Notes under the pieces: generated by a model
Database searches by the model: none
Seen by the model: only the letters and a program-made list of their open reading frames with translations
Told to the model about the DNA's origin: nothing
Position numbers and translations under genes: made by a program
In this document: in pieces, positions 9,516-22,766 of the stretch
Layout of the letters: each line of letters begins with the position of its first letter
How positions within the stretch are numbered: position 1 is the stretch's first letter
From: an uncultured SAR86 cluster bacterium
GTDB lineage: Bacteria; Pseudomonadota; Gammaproteobacteria; Magnimaribacterales; D2472
Assembly (NCBI GenBank): GCA_902599315.1
Contig: CACKEY010000001.1
Coordinates: 173,328 to 237,327, forward strand
Length of the DNA: 64,000 nucleotides
Reading direction: 5' to 3'

Positions 9516-10347
9516 AATACTTAACACAGGCCTAGACGCATTATTGGGAAATGTTGCGTCTCCCAACAAACAAACCATCAAAGAAATAGAGCTATCTCAA
9601 ATTAAACCAAATCGATTTCAACCCAGGCAATCATTCGACAAGCAAAAAATCACAGAACTTTCACAATCAATTACAAAGCACGGCATTTTATCACCTATCC
9701 TTGTTAGGGAAACAGGAGCTGGAGGCTATGAGCTTATAGCTGGCGAAAGAAGATTAAGAGCAGCAAAAGAAGCTGGACTGCAAACTGCTCCATGTATGAT
9801 TGATTCGGCAGAGGATCAGCTTTCGCTTGAACTTGCCCTTATTGAAAACCTTCAAAGGGAAGACTTAAATCCAATTGAAGAGGCTAGGGGTTACGATCGT
9901 TTAAAAAAAGAGTTTTCTTTGACGCAAGATAAAATTGCAGAAGTTACAGGAAAGGCTAGAAGTTCTGTTGCTAATTCGATGAGGCTTTTAAACCTCCCAT
10001 CATCTATTATTGAGCTCTTGTACTCCGGGGACTTAGAAAAAGGACATGCAAAAATTCTTGCATCAATGGAGCCCAGCGAAGCAGAGGAGCTTGCACAAAA
10101 AATAGTTTCTTTAGGCATGACTGTAAAAGATGCTGCCTCGTCAACCAAAACTAAAAGTACAAAAAGCACCTCCAAAACAAAAAATAGAGATCTTTTAAAC
10201 ATAGAGGAGGAGCTATCTGAAAACATTGGCCACAAAACCCAAATTGATCAACAAACCTCATCAAAAGGAAAAATTTCTATTTCATACTCATCCAAGGATG
10301 AACGTGAAGCAATAATTAACAAATTATTAAAATTAAAGAAAAATTAA
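9481..10347 (+). CDS. parB: Chromosome partitioning protein ParB (Spo0J)
   Basis: ParB box GERRLRAAKEAG followed by an HTH region. The track start is GTG at 9481, which overlaps parA. Starts at TTG 9499, TTG 9505 or GTG 9508 follow GGAG at 9492-9495 and are at least as likely. Confidence 0.92.
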   Translation: MNLSGELKLVDKILNTGLDALLGNVASPNKQTIKEIELSQIKPNRFQPRQSFDKQKITELSQSITKHGILSPILVRETGAGGYELIAGERRLRAAKEAGLQTAPCMIDSAEDQLSLELALIENLQREDLNPIEEARGYDRLKKEFSLTQDKIAEVTGKARSSVANSMRLLNLPSSIIELLYSGDLEKGHAKILASMEPSEAEELAQKIVSLGMTVKDAASSTKTKSTKSTSKTKNRDLLNIEEELSENIGHKTQIDQQTSSKGKISISYSSKDEREAIINKLLKLKKN

Positions 10348-10450
10348 GCTTGTCCTACAGACCATTAATTTTTATAATCTGCCTCGTAAAAAACATACTT
10401 AGCTTAAAATTAACACTTTAAAAAATAATCGGTTATCTGCCATAGGCCTC

Positions 10451-11591
<1,141 letters not shown>

Positions 11592-11604
11592 GTCTTATTT
11601 TTAG

Positions 11605-11841
<237 letters not shown>

Positions 11842-11848
11842 ATAAATA

Positions 11849-12319
11849 ATGAATATTAACGCAACACTCTTGGGTCAAACATTAGCATTTGTTATTTTTG
11901 TAGCAATTTGTTGGAAGTATGTATGGCCTCCTATCATTGCAATAATGGAAGAAAGAGAGAAGCGTATAGCGGATGGTTTAGAGGCAGCAAAAAAAGCAGA
12001 TGATTCCTTGGAGGAAGCACAACTTGCTTTTGATCAAGAGATGAACAAGGCAAAAGCAGAGGCCGCGGAAATATTAGAAAAAGCCAACCTTAGAGCCTCT
12101 CAAATTGTTAACGATGCGACAGCAAAAGCAGAGTCAGAAGCTGAAAAGATTTTATCCTCAGCATCAAAAACCATTGAGAATGACGTCAATAAAGCTAAAG
12201 AAGAGTTAAGGCAAAAAATGTCAGAACTTATTATCGATACTTCTGAAAAAATATTGGGCGATGAAATTAGCCCAGAGAAACATCAAGAGTTGCTCAAAAA
12301 AGCAGCTTCTGAGCTATAA
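11849..12319 (+). CDS. atpF: F0F1 ATP synthase subunit b
   Basis: 156 aa with a single N-terminal TM helix and a long charged Ala/Glu/Lys-rich helix. Operon position supports the call. Confidence 0.9.
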   Translation: MNINATLLGQTLAFVIFVAICWKYVWPPIIAIMEEREKRIADGLEAAKKADDSLEEAQLAFDQEMNKAKAEAAEILEKANLRASQIVNDATAKAESEAEKILSSASKTIENDVNKAKEELRQKMSELIIDTSEKILGDEISPEKHQELLKKAASEL

Positions 12320-12322
12320 AAA

Positions 12323-12859
12323 ATGATAGAACTTTCTCCACTCGCAAGACCCTACGCCAAAGCTATTTTTACGGCAGCTTTAGATGGCGGAAAGCATGAG
12401 TCGGTTGCACAGGATCTTGCCTTGCTGTCAGCTGTGTCTCAAACCAAAGAGGTTGCCAGTTTGATTCAAGATCCACAACTTTCAAAAGAAAAAATAGCCA
12501 ACACTATTATTGGTTTAGCAGACGGAGAAGTGGGTGATTTGTCTAACAAGATGCTGGAACTTCTTGCGGATAACAAAAGACTTAATCTTATTGAAGCAAT
12601 TAATGTAAGCTATCAAGAACTTTTAGAGCAATATAATAAAACTAGTTCTATACTTGTGAATGTTGCCGACCAACCTTCTGAGGATAATAAAAAAATTATC
12701 ACAGAAAAATTGCTTGCAGAACACGGAGAGGGTTCGAATATAGAATTTTCAAAGGATCCCACTATCATGGGCGGCCTGTCAATCAAAATCGGAGATGAAA
12801 CTCTGGATCTATCCATTAGAGGAAAGGTCAAAAAATTAGTAAATCAATTAAATTTTTAA
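12323..12859 (+). CDS. atpH: F0F1 ATP synthase subunit delta
   Basis: 178 aa with an OSCP-like N-terminus (ARPYAKAIF) and the GGLSIKIGD motif near the C-terminus. Operon position supports the call. Confidence 0.9.
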   Translation: MIELSPLARPYAKAIFTAALDGGKHESVAQDLALLSAVSQTKEVASLIQDPQLSKEKIANTIIGLADGEVGDLSNKMLELLADNKRLNLIEAINVSYQELLEQYNKTSSILVNVADQPSEDNKKIITEKLLAEHGEGSNIEFSKDPTIMGGLSIKIGDETLDLSIRGKVKKLVNQLNF

Positions 12860-12868
12860 GGTGAAAAA

Positions 12869-14413
12869 ATGAGCCAACTAAATCCATCAGAAATTTCCAG
12901 CGTTTTAAAGGAAAAAATTTCAGGTCTTGATCTTTCTGCAGAAAGAAAAAATGAAGGTATTATCGTTAGCGTTTCAGACGGGATTGTGAGAATTCACGGT
13001 ATGGGCGACGTCATGTATGGCGAGCTAATAGAGTTTGAAAATGGTGTTCTTGGATTGGCGCTAAATCTTGAGCAAGATTCTGTAGGAGCAGTAGTTTTAG
13101 GAGATTATTTGGGACTAATCGAAGGCCAGAAAGCTGTTTGTACTGGAAGAATTTTAGAGGTTCCAGTGGGCGAAGAGTTACTAGGTAGAGTTGTAGATGC
13201 CTTGGGTAGCCCCATTGATGGTAAGGGAGAAATTAAAACAGATATGACTGCTCCAGTAGAAGTTGTAGCCCCTGGTGTGATTGCTAGGCAGTCAGTTGAT
13301 CAACCGGTTCAAATTGGTTTAAAAGCAGTTGATGCAATGGTACCAATTGGTCGAGGTCAAAGAGAGCTTATTATTGGCGACAGACAGACAGGTAAGACCG
13401 CTGTTGCGGTTGATGCAATCATCAACCAGAAAGGAACCGGTATCAAATGTATATATGTTGCTATTGGCCAAAAACAATCAACCGTCGTTAATGTTGTTAA
13501 AAAGCTTGAAGAACATGGAGCTTTAGAACATACAATTATTGTTTCAGCATCAGCATCTGACCCTGCGCCAATGCAATATCTTTCTGCATACTCAGGTTGT
13601 TCAATGGGTGAATATTTTAGGGATAAAGGTGAAGACGCATTGATTGTGTATGATGACCTCTCCAAACAAGCCGTTGCATATAGACAAGTATCTTTACTTT
13701 TAAAAAGACCTCCAGGAAGAGAGGCCTACCCAGGAGATGTTTTTTATCTTCATTCAAGATTGCTTGAAAGAGCCGCCAGAGTAAATGCTGATTATGTAGA
13801 AAAAGCTACCAACGGAAAGGTGAAAGGAAAAACTGGATCTTTAACCGCACTTCCGATTATTGAAACACAAGCAGGAGATGTTTCAGCTTTTGTTCCAACC
13901 AACGTTATATCAATTACTGATGGTCAAATTTTCTTAGAAACCGACCTTTTTAATTCAGGCATTAGACCTGCTATTAATCCTGGTATTTCTGTTTCTAGGG
14001 TAGGTGGAGCCGCTCAAACTAAGATTATGAAAAAGCTAAGTGGAGGCGTCAGAACCGCATTAGCTCAATATAGAGAACTTGCAGCTTTTTCTCAGTTTGC
14101 ATCTGATCTAGACGATGCAACCAAAGCTCAGCTTGCTAGAGGAATAAGAATTACTGAGCTGATTAAGCAGAAGCAATATTCCCCAATGAGTGTTGCCCAG
14201 CAATCACTGAGTATTTTTGCTGCAGATAGAGGCTATATGGATGATGTTGAGGTCGAAAAGATTGGCAGCTTTGAAGAAGCATTGCATGGCTACTTTACAT
14301 CTGAAAAAGCAGACTTGGAAAAGAGCATTAATGATACCGGTGATTGGAATGATGATATTGAAAAGCAATTCACAGAAGTTGTTGAGAAGTTCAAAAAAAC
14401 ACAAACATTTTAA
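12869..14413 (+). CDS. atpA: F0F1 ATP synthase subunit alpha
   Basis: 514 aa with Walker A GDRQTGKT. The sequence is highly conserved alpha-subunit sequence throughout. Confidence 0.98.
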   Translation: MSQLNPSEISSVLKEKISGLDLSAERKNEGIIVSVSDGIVRIHGMGDVMYGELIEFENGVLGLALNLEQDSVGAVVLGDYLGLIEGQKAVCTGRILEVPVGEELLGRVVDALGSPIDGKGEIKTDMTAPVEVVAPGVIARQSVDQPVQIGLKAVDAMVPIGRGQRELIIGDRQTGKTAVAVDAIINQKGTGIKCIYVAIGQKQSTVVNVVKKLEEHGALEHTIIVSASASDPAPMQYLSAYSGCSMGEYFRDKGEDALIVYDDLSKQAVAYRQVSLLLKRPPGREAYPGDVFYLHSRLLERAARVNADYVEKATNGKVKGKTGSLTALPIIETQAGDVSAFVPTNVISITDGQIFLETDLFNSGIRPAINPGISVSRVGGAAQTKIMKKLSGGVRTALAQYRELAAFSQFASDLDDATKAQLARGIRITELIKQKQYSPMSVAQQSLSIFAADRGYMDDVEVEKIGSFEEALHGYFTSEKADLEKSINDTGDWNDDIEKQFTEVVEKFKKTQTF

Positions 14414-14423
14414 TCTATAAGTA

Positions 14424-16695
<2,272 letters not shown>

Positions 16696-16698
16696 CTA

Positions 16699-17112
16699 AT
16701 GTCCACTATAAAAGTCAGCATAGTTTCATCAAGTGAGGAAATTTACTCTGGTGAAGGCACTATGGTTTTTGCAACTGGGTCCTTGGGTGAAATAGGTATT
16801 GCACCAGGACACACACCTTTATTGACCGGTCTCGCACCTGGGCCCGTGAGAGTACAAAACGGTGATGATGAAAAAACCTTTTTTTGCTCGGGCGGATTTA
16901 TTGAAATACAGCCTGATTTGGTAACATTTTTATCTGATAGAGCAGAACGAGCTGAATCCATGGATGAGGCAGAAGCCACAAAAGCTCAAGAACTCGCTGA
17001 AAAAAACATGCGCGATAAAGAGTCAGAACTAGATTACACCAAAGCAGCTGCACAACTAGCCGAAGCTGCTGCTAGAATCAAAACCATTCAAAAATTAAGA
17101 AAAAACAAGTAA
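16699..17112 (+). CDS. atpC: F0F1 ATP synthase subunit epsilon
   Basis: 137 aa with a beta-sandwich N-terminal part and a helical C-terminus. It is the last gene of the atp operon. Confidence 0.92.
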   Translation: MSTIKVSIVSSSEEIYSGEGTMVFATGSLGEIGIAPGHTPLLTGLAPGPVRVQNGDDEKTFFCSGGFIEIQPDLVTFLSDRAERAESMDEAEATKAQELAEKNMRDKESELDYTKAAAQLAEAAARIKTIQKLRKNK

Positions 17113-17144
17113 GGTATTTGTATCTATATTAACTCGTACTTGTT

Positions 17145-18497
17145 TTGAATATTCATACTATTATCCTTGCAGCTGGTAAGGGCACTCGAATGAACACCAA
17201 TTTGCCAAAGGTTATGCAACCCCTTGGGGGGCAAACTTTAATTTCGCACGTTATTCAAACTGCAAAAGAAAGCAGTGAAAATATAACTGTTATTGTTGGC
17301 CATCAAAAAAATATCTTAAAAACTCATATAGCAAACATCGACCCTAATATAAAAACAGCAGATCAAGATGATCAGCTAGGAACAGCACACGCAGTCAAAA
17401 TGGCTTCGCATTTGATTAAGGATGATGAAAAAATATTAATTCTGTACGGCGATGTTCCCTTGATTAGCTCCAAAACTATAGAGGGACTTATGAATTCTGA
17501 ACACGAGTGCACGCTCCTAACTATGCAATTAAATGATCCAACCGGCTACGGCAGGGTGATTACAAATGGGCAAAACTTAGCTTTAAAAATTATTGAACAA
17601 AAAGATGCATCAGATGACGAACTTAAAATCGAAGAGGTTTTTACAGGTATTTTATTAATTGATGGAAGTTTGCTTAGACCTGCTTTAGAAGAAATTAAGA
17701 ACCAAAATTCAGCTAATGAATATTATCTTACAGACTTGGTGGAGATACTTTCTGGAAAAGGGGTTAAAATAAAATGTATTCATGCAAATCCTGCAGAAGT
17801 TTTGGGGGCAAACAATAAGCATGAATTACATGAGCTAGAATTAATTTTAAGAAAAATGAGCGCTAAAAAATTATTAGAACAAGGAATAACACTTATTGAT
17901 AAAACTCGTGTTGATGTTCGTGGCAAAGTCGTCGCAGGAAAAGATTGTTCTATTGATGTCAATGTTATTTTGGAAGGCGATGTTACCTTAGGCAATAACG
18001 TTACAATTAAATCAAATGTTGTTTTGCAAGATGTCCTCATTGGAGATAACTCGATCATAGAATCATTTAGCCATCTTTCATCAGCTTCAGTTGGTTCGAA
18101 TTGCAACATAGGCCCATATGCCCGCATTAGGGAGGGCACAGAGATAGGTGATAATGCAAAAATTGGTAATTTTGTCGAGACCAAAAAAACTAAACTTGGG
18201 GATGGCGCCAAAGCTAATCATTTAGCTTACTTAGGCGATGCAAACATTGGCGATAAAACTAATGTTGGCGCTGGAACCATTACATGTAATTACGATGGAA
18301 TAAATAAACATAAAACTTCTATTGGTGAAGATAGTTTCATTGGCACAAATTCTTCCTTGGTTGCACCAGTTAATATTGGTAAGGGCGCTTATGTAGGAGC
18401 CGGCTCTGTAATTACAAAAGATGTACCTGATAATGCTTTGGCTGTTGGTCGAGGCAAACAAGTTATCAAAGAAGACTGGGCAAAGAACAAAAAATAA
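17145..18497 (+). CDS. glmU: Bifunctional UDP-GlcNAc pyrophosphorylase / GlcN-1-P acetyltransferase GlmU
   Basis: 450 aa with a TTG start, the LAAGKGTRM nucleotidyltransferase motif and C-terminal hexapeptide (left-handed beta-helix) repeats. Confidence 0.95.
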   Translation: MNIHTIILAAGKGTRMNTNLPKVMQPLGGQTLISHVIQTAKESSENITVIVGHQKNILKTHIANIDPNIKTADQDDQLGTAHAVKMASHLIKDDEKILILYGDVPLISSKTIEGLMNSEHECTLLTMQLNDPTGYGRVITNGQNLALKIIEQKDASDDELKIEEVFTGILLIDGSLLRPALEEIKNQNSANEYYLTDLVEILSGKGVKIKCIHANPAEVLGANNKHELHELELILRKMSAKKLLEQGITLIDKTRVDVRGKVVAGKDCSIDVNVILEGDVTLGNNVTIKSNVVLQDVLIGDNSIIESFSHLSSASVGSNCNIGPYARIREGTEIGDNAKIGNFVETKKTKLGDGAKANHLAYLGDANIGDKTNVGAGTITCNYDGINKHKTSIGEDSFIGTNSSLVAPVNIGKGAYVGAGSVITKDVPDNALAVGRGKQVIKEDWAKNKK

Positions 18498-18498
18498 T

Positions 18499-20325
18499 AT
18501 GTGTGGAATTATAGGGGCGGCATCATCTCGCAACGTAGGAAAGTTATTAGTTCAAGGCCTTCATAAGATGGAGTATCGTGGTTATGACTCAGCAGGTATA
18601 GCCCTCCATCAAAAAGACAGTATTTTTAATTTAAGAACTTTGGGAAAAGTAAGTTTGCTTGAAGATGGAATGATTGAGCATCGGCCAAAAAGCAAACTTG
18701 GAATTGCTCACACTCGCTGGGCAACTCACGGTCAACCTTCTAAAGAAAATGCACACCCACACGCATCAAGTGGAGAGGTTCACATTGTTCACAACGGAAT
18801 TATAGAAAATTACCTTGAGCTTACAGAAAAATTAAAAAAGGCTGGATATGCTTTCCAATCTGAAACTGACTCAGAGGTCATAGCACACTTACTTCATCAA
18901 CACATACAATCAAGCGGCGATTTGCTGTCCGCTATGCATGACGCTATAAAAGAGCTTGATGGCGCTTACGCCATAGCGGCCATTCATATTAAAAATAAAA
19001 ACAGATTAGTCGTTGCAAGAAACAAAAGCCCATTATTGATTGGGCTAGGCCTAGAGGAAAATTTTGCTGCTTCGGACCCCTTAGCTTTATCACAACTTAC
19101 TAATAAGTTTGTATTTCTTGAAGATGGTGATGTTGCAGAAATAACCAAGCAAAGTTATCAAGTTTTCGACGGAAAGAGTTCCCCTGTTAAAAGAGATGTA
19201 ACTGAAATAGACATAGCAGTTAATTCGGCTACTAAAGGAGAATATTCTCACTTTATGGAGAAAGAAATATATGAACAGCCTGATGCTGTTGCCAATACCA
19301 TAAATGGGAAACTTGGAGATGAGGACGTATTAGATAATATATTTGGTTTAGGCTCATCAGAGCTTTTTAGTAAGATTAAAAGAATTCAGTTTGTTGCATG
19401 TGGAACAAGCTTACATGCAGGCAAAGTAGGAAGGTTTTGGTTTGAGCGAATAGCTAAAATTCCATGTTATGTAGATTTTGCGAGTGAGTATAGATATAGA
19501 GAGCCTCTTGTAGAAGAGGGCACATTGTTTGTTACCATTTCACAATCCGGAGAAACCGCAGATACTTTGGCTGCCCTCAAATACGCAAAAGAAAAAGACT
19601 ATTTAAGCACATTGTCAATCTGCAACGTTCCAACCAGTTCGTTGGCTAGAGAATCAGAGCATGTTCTTTTTACTAATGCTGGCCCAGAAATTGGCGTTGC
19701 ATCAACAAAGGCATTTACTACTCAGCTGGCAGGTTTGATGCTGTTAGCCATGTCTATTGCAAAAAGCTTAAATCAAGATAAAGAATTAAGAAAAAAATTG
19801 GCTAGTGAACTAAGAAATTTGCCAAAGGTGATCGATAAGACATTGAAACTATCAAATGAGATCATGAAGATCGTTCCTAATATTGCTGATAAACACAATG
19901 CTTTATTCTTAGGAAGGGGCATGTTTTTTCCAATCGTTCAAGAAGGCGCACTGAAATTGAAAGAAATTTCATACATTCACGCTGAGGCTTACCCAGCAGG
20001 AGAGTTAAAACATGGGCCACTGGCATTGGTCGACGATCAAATTCCAGTGGTGGCATTATCCCCTGAAAATACTTTAACTGAAAAACTAGTCTCCAACCTG
20101 GAGGAGGTAAAGGCAAGGGGCGGCACGCTTTATGTATTTGGTGGAGAAAATTCAAAAATTAAAATCGAAAGAGGTGAATACATTCAAATGCCAGAATGTA
20201 GCGAATTGTTAGCTCCAATTATTTATACCATTCCACTTCAAATTCTTGCATATCAAGTTGCATGCCAAAGAGGCACTGATTTAGATCAACCTAGGAACTT
20301 AGCTAAGTCAGTTACGGTGGAATGA
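18499..20325 (+). CDS. glmS: Glutamine-fructose-6-phosphate aminotransferase GlmS
   Basis: The start is set at ATG 18499 (MCGIIGA, Ntn catalytic Cys2), 1 nt after the glmU stop. The track ORF from 18421 is an upstream extension. The protein has two SIS domains and the universal C-terminus NLAKSVTVE. Confidence 0.97.
   Translation: MCGIIGAASSRNVGKLLVQGLHKMEYRGYDSAGIALHQKDSIFNLRTLGKVSLLEDGMIEHRPKSKLGIAHTRWATHGQPSKENAHPHASSGEVHIVHNGIIENYLELTEKLKKAGYAFQSETDSEVIAHLLHQHIQSSGDLLSAMHDAIKELDGAYAIAAIHIKNKNRLVVARNKSPLLIGLGLEENFAASDPLALSQLTNKFVFLEDGDVAEITKQSYQVFDGKSSPVKRDVTEIDIAVNSATKGEYSHFMEKEIYEQPDAVANTINGKLGDEDVLDNIFGLGSSELFSKIKRIQFVACGTSLHAGKVGRFWFERIAKIPCYVDFASEYRYREPLVEEGTLFVTISQSGETADTLAALKYAKEKDYLSTLSICNVPTSSLARESEHVLFTNAGPEIGVASTKAFTTQLAGLMLLAMSIAKSLNQDKELRKKLASELRNLPKVIDKTLKLSNEIMKIVPNIADKHNALFLGRGMFFPIVQEGALKLKEISYIHAEAYPAGELKHGPLALVDDQIPVVALSPENTLTEKLVSNLEEVKARGGTLYVFGGENSKIKIERGEYIQMPECSELLAPIIYTIPLQILAYQVACQRGTDLDQPRNLAKSVTVE
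20299..20325 (+). repeat. Reference copy of the repeat: the genuine last 27 nt of glmS
   Basis: TTAGCTAAGTCAGTTACGGTGGAATGA encodes L-A-K-S-V-T-V-E-stop. Confidence 0.9.
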
Positions 20326-20355
20326 GTTTGAACAGAGAATTATTAGAATAAAATT

Positions 20356-20742
20356 ATGAAAAAAATAGTTTTTTCTATATTCGCAATTCTATTCATCAAT
20401 GTTGTTAATGCAAAAACCTTGGTTCTAGAATGCAGTCAAATAACTTCAGGATTCTCTCTAAAATCAGAAGTAATAATTAATACGAACACAGGGTTTATTT
20501 CTATGCATGGTTGGATAGTAAAAGATGAATTTGCCTATTCTGAAGAAAGTGGAGAGATAGAAGCATGGGGCATCATTAAAGAGTATGGAAATGACTCTGA
20601 TTTTCGTCATATTAAATACCTTGAAAAGGAAAAAATTCTTGCCTGGTCTGACTCATTTTTTAGACCTCGAGGAGTATTCGGAGATAATCCTCCGCATAAA
20701 TATGTATCCTCAGGTAATTTCCAAATTTTGAAATGCCAATAA
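20356..20742 (+). CDS. Hypothetical secreted protein (cassette unit 1)
   Basis: 128-aa ORF with an N-terminal signal peptide (MKKIVFSIFAILFINVVNA). I recognise no family. Confidence 0.65.
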   Translation: MKKIVFSIFAILFINVVNAKTLVLECSQITSGFSLKSEVIINTNTGFISMHGWIVKDEFAYSEESGEIEAWGIIKEYGNDSDFRHIKYLEKEKILAWSDSFFRPRGVFGDNPPHKYVSSGNFQILKCQ

Positions 20743-20840
20743 AATATCTCTTTCTATTCTGCATATTTTCCATAATTTGCAGTGCAGGGAAAAGATTTTT
20801 ACCATATGAGAAACGATGGATAAAAAATCAAATCACTGTT

Positions 20841-20867
20841 TTGTTCAAGTCAGTGACGGTAGAGTAG
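20841..20867 (+). repeat. glmS 3'-end repeat, copy 1
   Basis: TTGTTCAAGTCAGTGACGGTAGAGTAG would read L-F-K-S-V-T-V-E-stop. It matches the genuine end at 18 of 27 positions by hand count. Confidence 0.75.
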
Positions 20868-20899
20868 ATTTGGAAAATGATTTATATAGGAGATACTAA

Positions 20900-21169
20900 A
20901 TGTTAATAGCAGTAAGAGCAGAAGTTGAGAGCGTTGATCACTGGAGAGAAAAATTTAAGACTCACGATGATTTATTTAAAAGTCAGGGCGTCTCTCTTGC
21001 ACATATGGGAACAGCAAATGATAAAACAGTAATTGCTGTTTTTGAAACAAACGATGTTGATAAGTTTGTAAGAATATTTAATGATCCTTTAACTGCAGAG
21101 GCAATGTCAGAGGATAAAATAACAGGCGGTGTTGAGATGTTTATTCTAGACGAGACCTTTGAATTATAA
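20900..21169 (+). CDS. Hypothetical small soluble protein (cassette unit 2)
   Basis: 89-aa ORF with an AGGAG Shine-Dalgarno 8 nt upstream. I recognise no family with confidence. Confidence 0.6.
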   Translation: MLIAVRAEVESVDHWREKFKTHDDLFKSQGVSLAHMGTANDKTVIAVFETNDVDKFVRIFNDPLTAEAMSEDKITGGVEMFILDETFEL

Positions 21170-21183
21170 AAAACAGGTTGAGT

Positions 21184-21210
21184 TTATTTCAATCAGTCAC
21201 GGTGGAGTAG
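21184..21210 (+). repeat. glmS 3'-end repeat, copy 2
   Basis: TTATTTCAATCAGTCACGGTGGAGTAG would read L-F-Q-S-V-T-V-E-stop and matches the genuine end at 19 of 27 positions. It also shares AACAGAGAAT at the same +6 offset after the stop (21216-21225 versus 20331-20340). Confidence 0.8.
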
Positions 21211-21242
21211 AACAAAACAGAGAATAAAAAGATTGAAGTAAT

Positions 21243-21521
21243 ATGAAAAAGTTTATTGGAATATTCCTGACTTCTGCATTTATATTTGCAGTTTTATTAT
21301 CTGAGTATGATAGTTATTATGGTTCTTGGTTATTTTATGCGCTGGGAATGATGATGGTTGCCCTAGGATATATTTATAAGGGTGAGGAAAATTCAACAAG
21401 TTGTTTTTGGGTTGGTTTATTCATAATGCTGATAACTTTTGTGGGCGCAAATGTTTCAGGAAAAATTTCTATCGAGACTATAGAAATCTTACGTGAGACT
21501 TTGGAAAACATAGAAGAATAG
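21243..21521 (+). CDS. Small membrane protein, paralog of 23991-24251 (cassette unit 3)
   Basis: 92 aa with about three TM helices. It aligns with the 86-aa ORF at 23991 through shared Y-x-D-x-Y, LY-x-LG, G-L-x-I-x-x-ITF-x-G and SG-x-I positions. Confidence 0.65.
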   Translation: MKKFIGIFLTSAFIFAVLLSEYDSYYGSWLFYALGMMMVALGYIYKGEENSTSCFWVGLFIMLITFVGANVSGKISIETIEILRETLENIEE

Positions 21522-21541
21522 TAAGAGTGATTTTTAAAATT

Positions 21542-22657
21542 TTAAATTACTTCCGCAAGAGAATTTAAACAATACTCAATATTCTTTTTATTGGAAGATT
21601 GTCCCATAAGTCCAATGCGCCAAACTTTTCCCGCAAGAACTCCAAGACCAGCTCCAATTTCGAGATTAAATTCGTTTAACAGTCTTTGTCTTGATTCAAG
21701 ATCATTTACACCATCAGGAATATAGATAGCATTTAATTGAGGCAATCTGTCCTCTTCTTTTACTAAAAATTCAATATTTAATTTTTCTAAGCCCTCTCGG
21801 AGTTGAAGATGGTTCTCTTTATGTCTTTTCCATGAATTTTCTAGGCCTTCTTCACTTAACATTATCAAGGCTTCATGAAGTCCATATAATGAATTTATTG
21901 GTGCAGTATGATGATAAGATCGGCCTGCTTCTCCTTCCCAATATGACATGATTAAGTTTAAATCATGAAACCAACTCTTCACTTTTGATTTTCTATTCTT
22001 AATCTTTTCTTTTGCAGCTTTACTAAAACTAATTGGCGATAAACCAGGAGAAGCGGACAAACACTTTTGTGTACCAGAATAAATTGCGTCAATTCCCCAT
22101 TCATCTACTTTTAAAGGAACTCCAGCCAAACCAGTTACAGTATCTACAATTGATAAACATCCGTGGTCATGTGCTAATTTTGTAATTGATTCTGGATCTG
22201 TAAGAGCCCCGGTAGAGGTTTCAGCATGAACTGAAGCAACAATTTTTGCATCCTTATGTTCATTTAAGGCTGATTCAATTTTATTTAAGTCTACTTTTGT
22301 TCCCCATTCATCATCAATAACTATTGGTATTCCACCAAATCGCTCAACATTCTCTTTCATTCTTTCTCCAAAGAACCCATTTTTAGCAATAATTACCTTG
22401 TCATCAGGCTCAACAAGATTCGCAAAGCAAGATTCCATACCTGCCATACCAGGTGCTGATAAGGCAAAAGTTAACTCATTCTGTGTTTGAAATGCATATT
22501 GAAGTAACTGTTTTGTTTCATCCATCATTGTTATAAAAATAGGATCAAGATGACCAATAGTTGGTCTAGCCATAGCCTCCAAAACTCTATCGCAAACGTC
22601 AGATGGACCTGGACCCATTAAAATCCTATTTGGCGGTGTGAATGAATTTATTTTCAT
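21542..22657 (-). CDS. Class V aminotransferase (alanine-glyoxylate / serine-pyruvate aminotransferase family)
   Basis: 371 aa with the N-terminal LMGPGPS motif and the PLP-lysine region SGTQKCLSASPG typical of the AGXT/SPT family. Confidence 0.85.
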   Translation of the reverse strand: MKINSFTPPNRILMGPGPSDVCDRVLEAMARPTIGHLDPIFITMMDETKQLLQYAFQTQNELTFALSAPGMAGMESCFANLVEPDDKVIIAKNGFFGERMKENVERFGGIPIVIDDEWGTKVDLNKIESALNEHKDAKIVASVHAETSTGALTDPESITKLAHDHGCLSIVDTVTGLAGVPLKVDEWGIDAIYSGTQKCLSASPGLSPISFSKAAKEKIKNRKSKVKSWFHDLNLIMSYWEGEAGRSYHHTAPINSLYGLHEALIMLSEEGLENSWKRHKENHLQLREGLEKLNIEFLVKEEDRLPQLNAIYIPDGVNDLESRQRLLNEFNLEIGAGLGVLAGKVWRIGLMGQSSNKKNIEYCLNSLAEVI

Positions 22658-22766
22658 GGCGATATGATACTAGATAAACACTTTTCTTTTGAAAAAATGG
22701 ATAGGAAAAAGTCTAAAAAAAAGTACTTAAGTATAATGGGCATAGGGTTTAATAAAGGTAGATAGT

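Noticed and set aside
18093-18101. GGTTCGAAT, which resembles a tRNA T-arm/T-loop.
   Set aside because: It lies within the glmU hexapeptide-repeat coding region. There is no flanking acceptor, D or anticodon stem complementarity. No intergenic gap in the window looks tRNA-like.
20326-20420. A Tn7 or Tn7-like insertion at the classical attTn7 position downstream of glmS.
   Set aside because: No TGT...ACA-type terminal inverted repeats, no arrays of about 22-bp TnsB-binding repeats, and no tnsABCDE-like genes occur anywhere in the window. Tn7 insertion also does not duplicate the glmS end, which is the feature actually seen.
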